Shown here: piece by piece, positions 9,978 through 20,359 of the stretch
How the letters are laid out: each line of letters starts with the position of its first letter
Position numbering within the stretch: position 1 is the first letter of the stretch
Origin: an uncultured Chloroflexia bacterium
Lineage (GTDB): Bacteria; Chloroflexota; Anaerolineae; CG2-30-64-16
NCBI GenBank assembly: GCA_963774265.1
Contig: CAVZDU010000001.1
Coordinates: 864,001 to 928,000, forward strand
Direction of reading: 5' to 3'
Length of the DNA stretch: 64,000 bases
Program-made: the position numbers and the translations under genes
Notes under the pieces: model-generated
The model's database searches: none
What the model was told of the DNA's origin: nothing
The model's input: only the letters and a program-made list of their open reading frames with translations

Positions 9978-10910
9978 ATGACCAGCTATGCGCCTCCTGC
10001 TTCGCCCTCCGTCCGTCCGTGGTCGTTCGCGCGATTCCGGCTCCTCCTGTCGAAGTCGTTGGTCCTCATCCTGTTGACGGTGGTGGCGATCATCAGCTTG
10101 TTTCCGTTGTACTGGCTGTTCGTCACGGCGTTGACCCCGGCCTCGGCCACGGTCAAGCTGCCGCCGGACCTGATCCCGGTCAATCTGACGTTCGACAATT
10201 TCGCTGACGTCGTTCAGAAGAGCGGCATTGGCAAGCTGCGCTTCTTCAATCCTGACCAGTTCATTCGCATGCCGCGGCTCTACCTGTGGTTCATCAACAC
10301 GGCGTTCATTTCGATCTTCAGCACGGCGGTGCATGTCCTGTTCGACTCGATGGCGGCCTACGCGTTTGCCAAGAAGAAGTTTCCCGGCTCAAACATTCTG
10401 TTCTGGATGATCCTGGCCGCGTTGATGATCCCTGGCCAGGTGACGCTCGTGCCGCTGTACCTGATGATCACCAGGCTTGACTGGGTCAACACTTTTGTCG
10501 GCGTGATTGCGCCCGGGCTGGCGGACGTGATCGGCATCTTCCTGCTCAAGCAGTTCATGCAGACGCTGCCCGGCGAGCTGGAGGACGCCGCGCGCGTGGA
10601 CGGCGCGTCGGAATGGAGCATCTACACGCACATCATCCTGCCGCTTTCGGCGCCGGCCCTGGCAGTGACCGCGATCTTCGCGTTTCAGCGCTACTGGAAC
10701 GCGTTTTTGTGGCCTCTCATCGTGCTGCAAAGTCCGGACCTCTTCACGCTGCAGGTCGGCCTGTCGTATATCCACACCAGCGAGTTTGGCACTGACTACG
10801 GGCTGCTGATGGCTGGCGCGGCGCTGGCGGCGATCCCGATGATTGTCTTCTTCTTCGCATTCCAAAAATACTTCATGCAGGGGTTGCGCATCGGCGCGGT
10901 GAAGGGCTAA
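9978..10910 (+). CDS. Carbohydrate ABC transporter permease
   Basis: AAYAFAK, ELEDAARVDGA, WNAFLWPLI, FQKYFMQG. Confidence 0.9.
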   Translation: MTSYAPPASPSVRPWSFARFRLLLSKSLVLILLTVVAIISLFPLYWLFVTALTPASATVKLPPDLIPVNLTFDNFADVVQKSGIGKLRFFNPDQFIRMPRLYLWFINTAFISIFSTAVHVLFDSMAAYAFAKKKFPGSNILFWMILAALMIPGQVTLVPLYLMITRLDWVNTFVGVIAPGLADVIGIFLLKQFMQTLPGELEDAARVDGASEWSIYTHIILPLSAPALAVTAIFAFQRYWNAFLWPLIVLQSPDLFTLQVGLSYIHTSEFGTDYGLLMAGAALAAIPMIVFFFAFQKYFMQGLRIGAVKG

Positions 10911-10914
10911 AGAC

Positions 10915-13134
10915 ATGCAATACGCTGCCGGCGGTGACCTCGTGCTGGCGTTCGATGGCGCCGGCTTGTTGAGGTCGGTGCGGCGCGCCAGCAACGGATA
11001 TGTGTACCTGAAGCAGCGGGCTGGCGTCTCGCCGTGGCGGCTCGAGCTGCGCGATCGGGCAGGGCAGACGAGGACGGTGACTGCGCACGATGCACGTGCC
11101 TGCCATATTGAGAGCGCCGGCGCGGGGCTCCAGCTCACCTGGCGGGAGATCGCGGACGCGCCTGATGTGGTCGTACATGCCTCGCTCATACCGGGGGAAG
11201 ATGGCCTGGCCTGGCGGCTGGCGGTGGATGGGATGCATCCCGACGCTGCACTCTGGCAGGCCGACTTCCCCCTCCTCGAGGGGATCCGCCCGATCGGACA
11301 GGGCGATGAGGAACAACTGCTCCTGCCGAAGGCGGGAGGATACATCGTCCGCAATGCCGCTCAGGCGCGGCTGTCCGGCCTCGATGACGACGCCGCTCGT
11401 TTTTCCTACCCGTGCGACCTGACCATGCAGTTCGTGGCCTATTACCGCGAGGGCGGCGACGGCTTACTGGCGATGGCGCAGGATCAGGACGGGTATACCA
11501 AGCGGTTCAGCCTGCACAGGAACGCGGACCTGCGGTGGACACTTGCCGTGGAGCATTTCCCTGCTGGAATGCCCCAAGACAGCGGACGGTTTTCACCTTC
11601 GTATCCCGTCACCCTTTCGGCCTTTCACGGCGACTGGATGGACGCGGCAGCATGCTACCGCACCTGGGCGATCCTTCAGCCTTGGTGCAGCCGCGGACCT
11701 CTCCATACCCGGCACGACATACCGGCCTGGCTGTTGGAAAACGGCCTCTGGGTCTGGAACCGCGGGCCATCCCCCCAGGTGTTGCCCGGGACGCGGCGCG
11801 TCCAGGAACTGGTGCAGGCGCCAGTGGCCCTGGACTGGTACTGGTGGCATGATACGTCCTACGACACCCACTTCCCCGACTACCTGCCTCCGCGAGAAGG
11901 CGCCGAGGTCTTCCGGCAGGCCGTGCATGGCTTGCATGCCGCGGGGCTGCGCGCCATGGTGTACATCAACGGCCGCCTGTGGGGGACAAGCGCGCCGAGC
12001 TGGCGAGCGAAAGGGGCGGAAAGGGCTGCCTGCAAACGCGAGAACGGCGACATCTACCGCGAGCTGTACAACATCTTTGATCCCAGCCAGGCAGAAGTGA
12101 CACCGATGTGCCCTGCCACCGCCCTGTGGCAGACCACCGTACGCGACCTGGTTGATGAACTGCTCGACCGCTATGGACTGGACGGCGTCTACCTGGATCA
12201 GATCGGCCATACGGAGCCGGAGATGTGCCATGCCCTTGAGCACGGTCACCCCGCGGGCGGGGGCAACCACTGGCGCAATGGTTATCGCACGCTCATGCAG
12301 GGGGTGCGCCGGGCCGCACAGGCTCACGCGCACGCGCAGCCGCGCGCCATCCTGCCCACCGAAGGCTCGTGCGAGGCCTATCTCGACCTGTTCGATGCCT
12401 TTCTGGTGCTGGACAACTCCTTCGAGCGCATGGGCTTCTATGATAAGCTTGATCTCAACTGGGAGAGCGTGCCTCTCTTCGCGGCCGTCTATCACGATTA
12501 TGCCTTGCAGTTCGGCTCTTACGCGTCGCTCGCGCCGCCGCCCTACGACGACCTCTGGCCTCGGCCGCAGAGTCCGATTCGCTCGCACCGCTTCCGCGAA
12601 CGTGATTTTGCCGATGCCTTCTACGCCGAGCTTGGCCGGGCTTTCGCGGCCGGCGCTCAGCCGATGGTGTCCAACGTATTTGTCGGCGACCTGGATGACC
12701 CCTCGCTGCAAGAGCATTGGCGCTTCTTGCGGGAGTTGGTGCATACGCGGCTTCATGCGGCTCCCTTCCTGGTCTATGGCGCCTGGCTCCGACCCCCCCG
12801 GCTGGTGACAGGGGAGACGCAGGTGGACTTTCTGGTGCGGGGCATCTATACGCCGCCGGAAAAGGAACACGTGATCCGGCGTCGCTTGCCGGCGGTCCTG
12901 GCATCCCTCTGGGCTGCGCCGGACGGGAGACAAGGGCTGGCGCTGGCCAACATCAGTCGTGACTCACAGCCCATTGCCTGGAGAGCGGAGGGTGTGTTTG
13001 CAGGACGGCCGACGCACCTGATTGACGGCCGCGGGCGCACCCTCTTGGGCCGGGTGGGGAGTGACGGGGTGGTTTTCGAGGGCGCCATCCCCGCTCGATC
13101 AGTACGGGTTATCGAGGTGGGAGGTCCTTCATGA
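10915..13134 (+). CDS. Putative glycoside hydrolase (DUF6259-like TIM barrel)
   Basis: FPDYLP, VYING, MCPAT..WQ, DGVYLDQ, H.HP.GGG, TEG..E, VPLF.AVYH; lies inside a sugar-uptake operon. Confidence 0.6.
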   Translation: MQYAAGGDLVLAFDGAGLLRSVRRASNGYVYLKQRAGVSPWRLELRDRAGQTRTVTAHDARACHIESAGAGLQLTWREIADAPDVVVHASLIPGEDGLAWRLAVDGMHPDAALWQADFPLLEGIRPIGQGDEEQLLLPKAGGYIVRNAAQARLSGLDDDAARFSYPCDLTMQFVAYYREGGDGLLAMAQDQDGYTKRFSLHRNADLRWTLAVEHFPAGMPQDSGRFSPSYPVTLSAFHGDWMDAAACYRTWAILQPWCSRGPLHTRHDIPAWLLENGLWVWNRGPSPQVLPGTRRVQELVQAPVALDWYWWHDTSYDTHFPDYLPPREGAEVFRQAVHGLHAAGLRAMVYINGRLWGTSAPSWRAKGAERAACKRENGDIYRELYNIFDPSQAEVTPMCPATALWQTTVRDLVDELLDRYGLDGVYLDQIGHTEPEMCHALEHGHPAGGGNHWRNGYRTLMQGVRRAAQAHAHAQPRAILPTEGSCEAYLDLFDAFLVLDNSFERMGFYDKLDLNWESVPLFAAVYHDYALQFGSYASLAPPPYDDLWPRPQSPIRSHRFRERDFADAFYAELGRAFAAGAQPMVSNVFVGDLDDPSLQEHWRFLRELVHTRLHAAPFLVYGAWLRPPRLVTGETQVDFLVRGIYTPPEKEHVIRRRLPAVLASLWAAPDGRQGLALANISRDSQPIAWRAEGVFAGRPTHLIDGRGRTLLGRVGSDGVVFEGAIPARSVRVIEVGGPS

Positions 13135-14051
13135 CCGAAATGCGCGGGGTTCCCGTCACAGAGACCCGTAATCCGTCCACCGCCACGATCGATCGGCTCG
13201 ACACGCTCGCCATGGTGCGGTTGATCAACGCGGAGGACTCGCGGGTGGCGCAGGCTGTCGCCGAGGAGCTGCCCGCGATCGCGGCCGCTATCGACGCGAT
13301 CAGTGAGCGCATGCGGCGCGGGGGAAGGCTGATCTACATCGGCGCAGGGACGTCGGGCCGCCTGGGGGTGCTCGACGCGGCGGAGTGCCCGCCCACGTTC
13401 AGCTCACCGCCGGGGTTGGTGATCGCGCTGATCGCCGGCGGCGAACGAGCCATCACGCACGCCGTGGAAGGCGCCGAGGATGACCGGGATGCCGGCGCAC
13501 GGGAGGTGGCCGGGCTTGATGTCGACTCACGTGACAGCGTGGTGGGCATCGCGGCGAGCGGGCATACGCCTTATGTTCTCGGCGGCATGGCTGAGGCGCG
13601 GCGACGCAGCGCGTTGGTTATCAGCCTGGCGTGCAGCCGGCCCTCACCCATGGCCGAGATGGCCGAGATTGCGATTGCCCCTGTGCCCGGGCCGGAGGTC
13701 ATCACCGGATCAACCCGGCTCAAGGCGGGCACCAGCCAGAAGATGGTCCTCAATATGCTTTCGACAGGCGTTATGATCCGGCTGGGCAAGACCTACGGCA
13801 ACCTGATGGTGGACGTCCAGCCCACCAACGCCAAGCTGCGCGGCCGGGCGCAACGGATTGTAGCTGAGGCGTGCGGCATCCCGATCGAGCAAGCCAGCGC
13901 CTTGCTGGCTGCCTGCGATGGGCAGGTCAAGGTGGCCATTGTGGCGCACCTGGCGGCCGTATCGCCCGAAGCGGCACGCCAACGCCTGGCCGCGGCAGGC
14001 GGGGTCGTGCGAAGGGCGCTGGAGGTGGGAGGATTGAAAATTGAAGATTGA
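13131..14051 (+). CDS. murQ: N-acetylmuramic acid 6-phosphate etherase
   Basis: [55 protein letters not shown]. Confidence 0.95.
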   Translation: MTEMRGVPVTETRNPSTATIDRLDTLAMVRLINAEDSRVAQAVAEELPAIAAAIDAISERMRRGGRLIYIGAGTSGRLGVLDAAECPPTFSSPPGLVIALIAGGERAITHAVEGAEDDRDAGAREVAGLDVDSRDSVVGIAASGHTPYVLGGMAEARRRSALVISLACSRPSPMAEMAEIAIAPVPGPEVITGSTRLKAGTSQKMVLNMLSTGVMIRLGKTYGNLMVDVQPTNAKLRGRAQRIVAEACGIPIEQASALLAACDGQVKVAIVAHLAAVSPEAARQRLAAAGGVVRRALEVGGLKIED

Positions 14052-14087
14052 AGATTGAAGATTGGAGGTTGAAGGTTGGAGGTTGGA
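14032..14087. repeat. Tandem heptamer repeat (GATTGAA/GGTTGGA), about 8 units, spanning the murQ stop codon
   Basis: gattgaa aattgaa gattgaa gattgaa gattgga ggttgaa ggttgga ggttgga. Confidence 0.85.
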
Positions 14088-14088
14088 A

Positions 14089-15039
14089 GTGGAGCGCGCA
14101 TGTGTTCTGGGGATTGACGGCGGGGGCAGCAAGACGTTGGCGCTGGTGGCCGGCGCGGGCGGGGAGGTGCTGGGCCGGGGGGAGGCGGGACCGTCGAACT
14201 ACCAGGTGATCGGTCTAGAGGCCACGCTGGCCAGCCTGGAGGCGGCGACCAGCGCCGCGCTGGCGAGCGCAAGCCGTAGCCGCCGTGATCTGGTCGCGGT
14301 CTGCGTAGGGCTGGCCGGCGTTGCACGGCCTGCCGATCGCGAGCGGCTGGCCGCCTGGGCGGCCCACACCCTGCCCGGCGTCCCGATCACCATTGCCAAC
14401 GATGCGCAACTGGTGATGGCAGCCGGCACGCCCCACGGCTGGGGTGTGGCGCTGATTTGCGGCACCGGGTCGATCGCGATGGGTCGTAGTTCCGATGGGC
14501 GAACGGCCCGTGCGGGCGGGTGGGGCTATCTGCTGGGGGACGAGGGCAGCGGCTATGCCATCGGCCTGGCCGCGCTGCGCGCCGTGATGCGTGCCTATGA
14601 TGGCCGCGGCCCCCAGACCGCGCTCGTCGACGCGGTGCTCGGCCACACCGGCCTGGACGACCCTGCCGGCCTGGTGGCCCGGACGTATGCGCCCGCCGCG
14701 GGAGCGGGGGCCACGGCCAGCCCCGCGCAGATCGCCGCGCTGGCCGAGATGGTCGACGCGGCGGCGCTGGGGGGCGACGACGTCGCGCGCGGCATCCTGC
14801 GGGACGCGGGGCGCGAGCTGGCGCTGGCTGCATGGGCCGTGGTGCGGCGGCTGGAGCTCGCGGGCGCGGTGCCCTGCGGCCTGGCCGGCGGCGTGATCGT
14901 GAAGGGGACCGCGCTGCGCGCCGCGTTCGTCACTGCCGCCGCGGCCCTGGGCTGCGAGCTCGCGCCGGTGGCCCTCGTCCCCGAGCCCGCACGCGGCGCG
15001 GTCGCCCTCGCGCTGGAGCAGATCGCCGGCAATTTCTAA
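14089..15039 (+). CDS. BadF/BadG-type GlcNAc/MurNAc kinase (MurK-like)
   Basis: GIDGGGSKT, GPSNY, NDA, ICGTGS, RAGGWGYLLGDEGSGY; follows murQ. Confidence 0.85.
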   Translation: MERACVLGIDGGGSKTLALVAGAGGEVLGRGEAGPSNYQVIGLEATLASLEAATSAALASASRSRRDLVAVCVGLAGVARPADRERLAAWAAHTLPGVPITIANDAQLVMAAGTPHGWGVALICGTGSIAMGRSSDGRTARAGGWGYLLGDEGSGYAIGLAALRAVMRAYDGRGPQTALVDAVLGHTGLDDPAGLVARTYAPAAGAGATASPAQIAALAEMVDAAALGGDDVARGILRDAGRELALAAWAVVRRLELAGAVPCGLAGGVIVKGTALRAAFVTAAAALGCELAPVALVPEPARGAVALALEQIAGNF

Positions 15040-15237
15040 CCCGCTGCGCTGCCCGAACATGAAATTTCGGATTGACATTCCGAGATTTCATGAGATCACG
15101 GCCTCATGATTCAGCCTTTGATGACGAGAAAATCACTGTCTGCACAATCACAGATGTGGCGGGCCTCGCCGGTCAGATGCTATCTTGATATCGTGCGTCA
15201 CGCCATCCGCCCCGGCCGATAGGGTGTCCTTTTTTTC

Positions 15238-16308
15238 CTATGCCGTGAGCCAGGCGACGGTGTCCGCGTCCAGCTTGCGGACCAGGGTGATGAGCAGCCG
15301 CACCAGGCCGTCGAAGTCGTCGCGATGGATGATGGCGCTGTGCGAGTGGATATGGCGCGCGGGAACCGCCAGCACCACCGTAGGCACGCCCAGCCCGTGC
15401 AGATGGATCGGCGCGCCGTCGGTGGCGCCGCCCTCGATGAGCGAGACCTGCAGCGGCTGACCCATCTCCTGGGCCGTGTCCATGACCAGGTCGCGCAGGC
15501 GCAGATTGGGGATCATGCGCGCGTCGTACATCAGGATCGTCGGGCCTTTGCCCATCTTGACCGCGGACTCTTCCGGCTTGATGTCGGGCACATCGCCCGC
15601 GATGTCTGATTCCAGGACGATCGCCACGTCGGGGTTGACCAACTCGACGCTGGTCGTCGCGCCGCGCACGCCCACCTCTTCCATCACCGTGGCCGCGCTA
15701 TAGAGGGCATTGGGATGGCCGGAGGTCAGCAGCTCCTGCATGGCCTGCACCATGGCCGCGCACCCCACGCGGTCGTCGAAGGCCTTGGAAAGGTACGTCT
15801 TGGGGTTGGCCAGGATACGGAAGTCGGCCAGCGGCACGACCGGATCGCCGACGCGCACGCCGGCCGCGGCAACCTCTTCGGCGGAGCTGGCGCCGATGTC
15901 GATGTACATCGACTTCTTCTCGACGACCTTGGTGCGCTCGTCCGCGCTGAGGAGGTGGGGCGGCTTGGCGCCCATGACCCCCACGACGTCTCCCCGGGTC
16001 GTCTTGATCACCACGCGCTGGCCCAGGAGCACCTGGTCGAACCAGCCGCCGAGCTGCACGAACTTGAGGAAGCCCTCCTTCGTCACGTGCTTGACCATGA
16101 AGCCGATCTCGTCCATGTGTGCGGCGAGCATCACGCGCGGCGCGTCCGCCGCACCCCCCTGCCGGCAGACCACGCTGCCGATCTTGTCCTGCTCCAGGGT
16201 GCCGAGGGGCTCCAGGTAGCCGCGCATCAGCGCCCTGACGCCGGCCTCGTAGCCGGGGACGCCGTGGACCTCGGTGAGTTCTTTGAGAAGGTGTTCGGTG
16301 CTATCCAT
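15238..16308 (-). CDS. M42 family metallopeptidase
   Basis: GVPGYE, AAHMDEIG, KAFDDRVG, EEVGVRGA, GGATD, HIHS. Confidence 0.9.
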   Translation of the reverse strand: MDSTEHLLKELTEVHGVPGYEAGVRALMRGYLEPLGTLEQDKIGSVVCRQGGAADAPRVMLAAHMDEIGFMVKHVTKEGFLKFVQLGGWFDQVLLGQRVVIKTTRGDVVGVMGAKPPHLLSADERTKVVEKKSMYIDIGASSAEEVAAAGVRVGDPVVPLADFRILANPKTYLSKAFDDRVGCAAMVQAMQELLTSGHPNALYSAATVMEEVGVRGATTSVELVNPDVAIVLESDIAGDVPDIKPEESAVKMGKGPTILMYDARMIPNLRLRDLVMDTAQEMGQPLQVSLIEGGATDGAPIHLHGLGVPTVVLAVPARHIHSHSAIIHRDDFDGLVRLLITLVRKLDADTVAWLTA

Positions 16309-16516
16309 GAGAGGGTCCTTTCGAGTGATGGTGGAATCGGACGGTTGGCCGCGCGAGCAGTGTAGCATATCGCGGGCAGGGCACAACGACTACCACTTGG
16401 TAACATTACCATTTGGCTTGACACGGATTCCGGAGTGGGCGCCAGTTGTCAGCGTGACATAACTCCGGAGGGGAGAAGATAGAGCAAGCGACCAGAGGAC
16501 AGGGAAGTGCAACCCA

Positions 16517-16708
16517 TTAAAATGCATCGCCCGTCAGGCCCTTGCGAGTCATGCGGTAGAAGTACGCGAAGAGGCGTTGGAACCCAACATCGTTAGCGAC
16601 GCTGCGTTCTCCGTACCACCGCATGAGTTGGCAGTAGTTGTCGACGGACTTCGCCGAGACACCGCGAATGACTGGCTCAGCATGAGCGGCCAGGAGTTCA
16701 AGGTTCAC
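16517..16708 (-). pseudogene. Short, probably truncated cassette-type ORF immediately after the attC-like site
   Basis: GGAGG RBS and GTG start about 20 bp after the GTTAGGA core; only 63 aa. Confidence 0.4.
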
Positions 16709-16727
16709 GACAAGCCTCCGCCGTTGT

Positions 16728-16820
16728 TCCTAACGGCCCGCGGTTCAGCCTCCGCCGAATTGACGAAATGCCTCTCGCAGCTGCGCGCGGTAGGTGGTCG
16801 GCTGGAAACGCCTGTTGGGC
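16728..16820 (-). mobile_element. attC-like integron cassette recombination site
   Basis: Minus strand: GCCCAAC-AGGCG-TTTCCAGCC ... GGCTGAAC-CGCGGGCC-GTTAGGA, 93 bp, one unpaired extra C in the left L box. Confidence 0.6.
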
Positions 16821-16894
16821 CCGTGGTCACCTCCATCCACGGCCCCGGCTTGCCGCCACGACCACCCGCCTCTTGCATGATTCAACCAACGAAT

Positions 16895-17110
16895 CTATGC
16901 AGGTATGGCGATGTACTCTGCGAACGAACGTGCCCGGGGTACCGGGAGCTTGTCTTCCAGCAGTCCTCGCACGTGCATGTCAATCGCTTCGTGCATGTTA
17001 CGAGCGACCTGATCGCGGGTCTTACCGGTGGCCACGCAGCCGGGCAGATCCGGCGAATACGCCGAGTAGTTGCCGTCCGCTTTTTCGATCACAACTAAAA
17101 ATCGATGCAT
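16895..17110 (-). CDS. hicB: HicB-family antitoxin
   Basis: VVIEK...YSAYSPDLPGCVATG.T...EAI..H..GL. Confidence 0.9.
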   Translation of the reverse strand: MHRFLVVIEKADGNYSAYSPDLPGCVATGKTRDQVARNMHEAIDMHVRGLLEDKLPVPRARSFAEYIAIPA

Positions 17111-17111
17111 C

Positions 17112-17321
17112 TTATTCACCCTGTTCGGATTGGGACCTGGATAGCTGGGCTTGTTTGAGCACGCTGTTGAGCGTGCCAGGTGCAAGATCGTCCGCTGGAT
17201 GACCGGCGATCGTGACACGACCTGATTTCGCCGGATGCTTGAACTGCCGGTGGCTGCCTTTGGTTGCCACCAGATACCAACCATCGCTTTCGATCAACTT
17301 GATCACGTCTCGAACCTTCAT
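17112..17321 (-). CDS. hicA: HicA-family mRNA interferase toxin
   Basis: MKVRDVIKLIE.DGW...KGSHRQFKHP.K.GRVTI.GH...DL..GTL.S.LKQA. Confidence 0.92.
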   Translation of the reverse strand: MKVRDVIKLIESDGWYLVATKGSHRQFKHPAKSGRVTIAGHPADDLAPGTLNSVLKQAQLSRSQSEQGE

Positions 17322-17546
17322 CGCCTGTCGCCTTTGCTGCCAAAGTTGAGGGACGACCATTGCTACGTTGATATTCTACCATAGCTTGGGGAGGAGCATC
17401 TTGGATGAACTACGTATTTGGAGTGCCGATGTAACCTCAAGCAGAGCCTTGACGGGGCACCACTCGCTGCGACCATCGGTCCAACGCGCTGCCTGGCCTA
17501 ACTCGTCACTATGCTGCAACTTGCACAATAAGCTTCGCCCGCGCGA

Positions 17547-17606
17547 GCGCGGCACTTCGATGTGGATGTCAATCCGGTTCAGCAGCGGGCCGGAGAGGCG
17601 CTTCTG
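17547..17606 (-). pseudogene. 20-codon fragment of ComM/YifB Mg-chelatase-like ATPase
   Basis: Minus strand translates as QKRLSGPLLNRIDIHIEVPR, matching the conserved YifB motif (Y..R.SGP.LDRID...EVP). Confidence 0.65.
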
Positions 17607-17651
17607 ACGGGGCCGCGGGCATGCGACGCGGGGTCGGTGTGGGCCGCTCTA

Positions 17652-18761
17652 TCAACCCACCGCAGGACCAACATCGGCGCCGTGGCGCCGGCGCATCGCG
17701 TCGAGCACCTTGGGCATGGCTTTCGTGTACGCCCAGTAGAGCCCCTTGTTCACCGGATAGTCCCACGCGGCGATGTGGGGGGTGAATTCTCCGCCGAAGC
17801 CCTGTTTGAAGCGGTAGACTCCCCACATGGGATCGCTCTCCTCAAGGATATCCGGCGCACCCCACCAGTCGTACCGGGTGCAGCCGTGAGCCTTGGCCCA
17901 GCGCATCGCGGCCCATTGGAGCGCGTGATTTGGCATCAGGTCGCGGTGCGCCCCTGTGGACGCGCCGTAGAAGTACCAGGCTGTGGGGCCGAAGCGGAAG
18001 AGGATGAGGCCGGCCACCGGCCGGCCCCCAACCTCTGCAAGAAGGACATGGGCGAGGCCGCCGGACAGGAAACGCTCCCAGATTGCCTTGTAGTAGCTGA
18101 AGGGCCGCACCAGGAAGCCGTCGCGGCCGCCGGTTTCGGCGTACATGGCGTAGAACGTGGGCAGATCGCTCACCGCACCATCTCGCACGATGACGCCGCT
18201 GCGCTCGGCCAGGCGGATGTTGTAGCGCCATTTGGGCTTCATCGCGGCCAGGAGCGCCCCTTCGTCAGGGGACAGGTCGGAGATCACCGTGTTGCGATAC
18301 TGGATCTGTTCGTCCGACAGCACCCAACCCCGCCGCTGAAGTAACTCGACCACGGCCACACCCTCGGGCGAATCGGCAGCCAGGTCCGGGTCGATTTTGA
18401 CGAAAATGCAGTGTGATCGGCGGGCTTCACGCTCCAGGTCGCGCACGACGCGCAGGCGCAGCTCCTCATCCGACCAATCCAGCAGGGGTCCCTTCGGGAC
18501 GTAGGCGACGGCCAGGGGCAGAGCACGGTTGAGTTGGCGAACCAGCACCGCAGCCGCGGCCCAAATTGTGTAGCGGACAGGGGCCTCGGGGACCAGCGCC
18601 TGCTCGCCCCAACTCAAGCGCCTGGCGCGCCAGCCCGTTTGCGCCTTTGTCTCGCCCCAGGCCCAGCTCTGCAGGATGTGCGGCTCGGGCATCGCGAGCA
18701 CCTGGCTGTCCCAGGTCCGCGGTTCGGTGATCTCACGCGGGGCCAGCGCAGTCTCGTTCAT
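17652..18761 (-). CDS. FemABX-family tRNA-dependent peptidyltransferase
   Basis: HILQS.AWG..K, YVPKGP, KWRYNIRLA, YFYGAS, PNHALQW, YRFKQGFGG. Confidence 0.9.
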   Translation of the reverse strand: MNETALAPREITEPRTWDSQVLAMPEPHILQSWAWGETKAQTGWRARRLSWGEQALVPEAPVRYTIWAAAAVLVRQLNRALPLAVAYVPKGPLLDWSDEELRLRVVRDLEREARRSHCIFVKIDPDLAADSPEGVAVVELLQRRGWVLSDEQIQYRNTVISDLSPDEGALLAAMKPKWRYNIRLAERSGVIVRDGAVSDLPTFYAMYAETGGRDGFLVRPFSYYKAIWERFLSGGLAHVLLAEVGGRPVAGLILFRFGPTAWYFYGASTGAHRDLMPNHALQWAAMRWAKAHGCTRYDWWGAPDILEESDPMWGVYRFKQGFGGEFTPHIAAWDYPVNKGLYWAYTKAMPKVLDAMRRRHGADVGPAVG

Positions 18762-19912
18762 CCGGCCGCTCCTGCGGGCGCCCGCGATTTCCGCGCCCGT
18801 AGTGCAAGCTTGTAGAGCGCATAGCCGGGCCGAGAGAGGGGCAGATCCCAGGCTCCGGCATAGCGGACCACGGCTCCGCCGAAGCCCTGCTTAAAGCGAT
18901 AGACGCCCCAGAGCCCGCCTTCACCCCAGCTTTTAGGCTCCGCATATGCGTTTGGGTTCGCGCCCACCTCGTCAGGGATGCCCCACAGATCGTACGTGGT
19001 GCAGCCCCGGTCCCGCGCCCACCGCATCGCAGCCCACTGGACGGCGTGGTTTGGCATCAGGTTGCGCCCTTCGTCGGCCGACGCCCCCCACATGTAGCAG
19101 GCGGTGTGGCCCAGCGCAAACACGGCGATCGCAGCGAGAAGCTGGCCTTCGTGCTCGGCCAGCATCCAGGTCATCAGGCCGGGCTGCAAGAATAACTCGG
19201 TGGCGCGGCGGTGATACGCGGCGTTGTGGACGCCGAAGCTGTCGCGCGCTCCGGTGGCGTCCATCAGGCGCTGGATCGCGGGCAGGTCATCCGTCCCGCC
19301 CGCGCGCACTGCGACCCCCTTGCGTTCGGCCAGGCGGATGTTATAGCGCCACTTTTGCTTCATGCGGCCCAGGATCATTTCCTCATCCCCTGACAGGTCC
19401 ACATGGATCGTGCTCAGCGGCTGGACGCGCTGCGGGCTCGGCGTATAACCATACCTTCCCAAGGCGGCGGCCAACTCCGGTGAAGGCGGCAGCTCGGGCT
19501 CGATCTTGAGCAAGGCCGCGCGGCCCTTTGCAGCCGCATTGCGCGCCATGGTCAGCACTGCGCGCACCTGTGCCCCGTCGCTCCAGTCGACCGCGGGTCC
19601 CTTAGGCACGTAAGCGACGGTCTGGCCCCAAGGCAGCTTGCGAAACAGGATGCTCGCGCCGCCGAGCAGGGGTGCGTCGGGGCTGGGGATGGTGCGCAGG
19701 GCCACGCGCGCGGCGGACCAGCCGAAGTCGGACTTGAGGCGGGCCCACCGGGCAGTCTGCAGGATGTGTCCGGCGGGGGAGCCTGCCAGAAAGCTATCCC
19801 ACGCGTCATCGGCTTCGATGCTCTGGCCCGGCGCGTAGCTTTGACGGTCGACGACCCACACGTGCCTGGGCTGCGGCATATCGGCGTAAAGCCTGTCGAG
19901 ATCAGTTGTCAC
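18758..19912 (-). CDS. FemABX-family peptidyltransferase (second paralogue), possibly leaderless
   Basis: Same motifs; on the minus strand TATAAT lies 6 nt upstream of the GTG at 19912. Confidence 0.88.
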   Translation of the reverse strand: MTTDLDRLYADMPQPRHVWVVDRQSYAPGQSIEADDAWDSFLAGSPAGHILQTARWARLKSDFGWSAARVALRTIPSPDAPLLGGASILFRKLPWGQTVAYVPKGPAVDWSDGAQVRAVLTMARNAAAKGRAALLKIEPELPPSPELAAALGRYGYTPSPQRVQPLSTIHVDLSGDEEMILGRMKQKWRYNIRLAERKGVAVRAGGTDDLPAIQRLMDATGARDSFGVHNAAYHRRATELFLQPGLMTWMLAEHEGQLLAAIAVFALGHTACYMWGASADEGRNLMPNHAVQWAAMRWARDRGCTTYDLWGIPDEVGANPNAYAEPKSWGEGGLWGVYRFKQGFGGAVVRYAGAWDLPLSRPGYALYKLALRARKSRAPAGAAG

Positions 19913-19995
19913 CCGCCCATTATATGCGCGCACGGGGGGGGCGGCGAATCGAGCGATTTGCGAATCGTGCGATCAAGGGCTATGCGGCTAATGAT

Positions 19996-20024
19996 TTGAC
20001 ACTATGCTCTCATCTGCGTATACT
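19996..20024 (+). promoter_or_regulatory. Sigma70 promoter of the tRNA-Ala pair
   Basis: TTGACA-17 bp-TATACT, ending 13 bp before the tRNA. Confidence 0.8.
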
Positions 20025-20037
20025 CACCTTTACCCGC

Positions 20038-20110
20038 GGGGCTGTAGCTCATCTGGGAGAGCGCTACAATCGCACTGTAGAGGCAAGGGGTTCGAGTCCC
20101 CTCAGCTCCA
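20038..20110 (+). tRNA. tRNA-Ala(CGC)
   Basis: Cloverleaf with GGGGCTG/CAGCTCC acceptor (G3:U70), anticodon arm CTACA-ATCGCAC-TGTAG, GGTTCGA T-loop; CCA not encoded. Confidence 0.95.
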
Positions 20111-20185
20111 CTGGGACGCCAAACTGGAGAGCCGGCAAGTTACGGAAGGTAGGCTAGTTCACCGAGAACGAAGGTCGGCGCTAAT

Positions 20186-20258
<73 letters not shown>

Positions 20259-20285
20259 CTACCGGCAACCAGTGTGGCCCGCACC

Positions 20286-20323
20286 AGTCCCCTTCGTCGA
20301 TGAGATAGGCGAAGGGGATTTTT
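20286..20323 (+). terminator. Intrinsic terminator between the tRNAs and leuS
   Basis: AGTCCCCTTCGTC...GGCGAAGGGGATT followed by a T run. Confidence 0.7.
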
Positions 20324-20359
20324 GTTATTCGGATTGTTCATTTTCAGAGAGGGAGCACC

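Noticed and set aside
11593-12933. 446-aa minus-strand ORF (likewise 25953-27284 and 59431-60435)
   Set aside because: Antisense shadows of well-supported genes.
16381-16516. Second attC site downstream of the truncated cassette ORF
   Set aside because: GTT core-like heptamers are present, but no convincing paired L/R boxes could be built.
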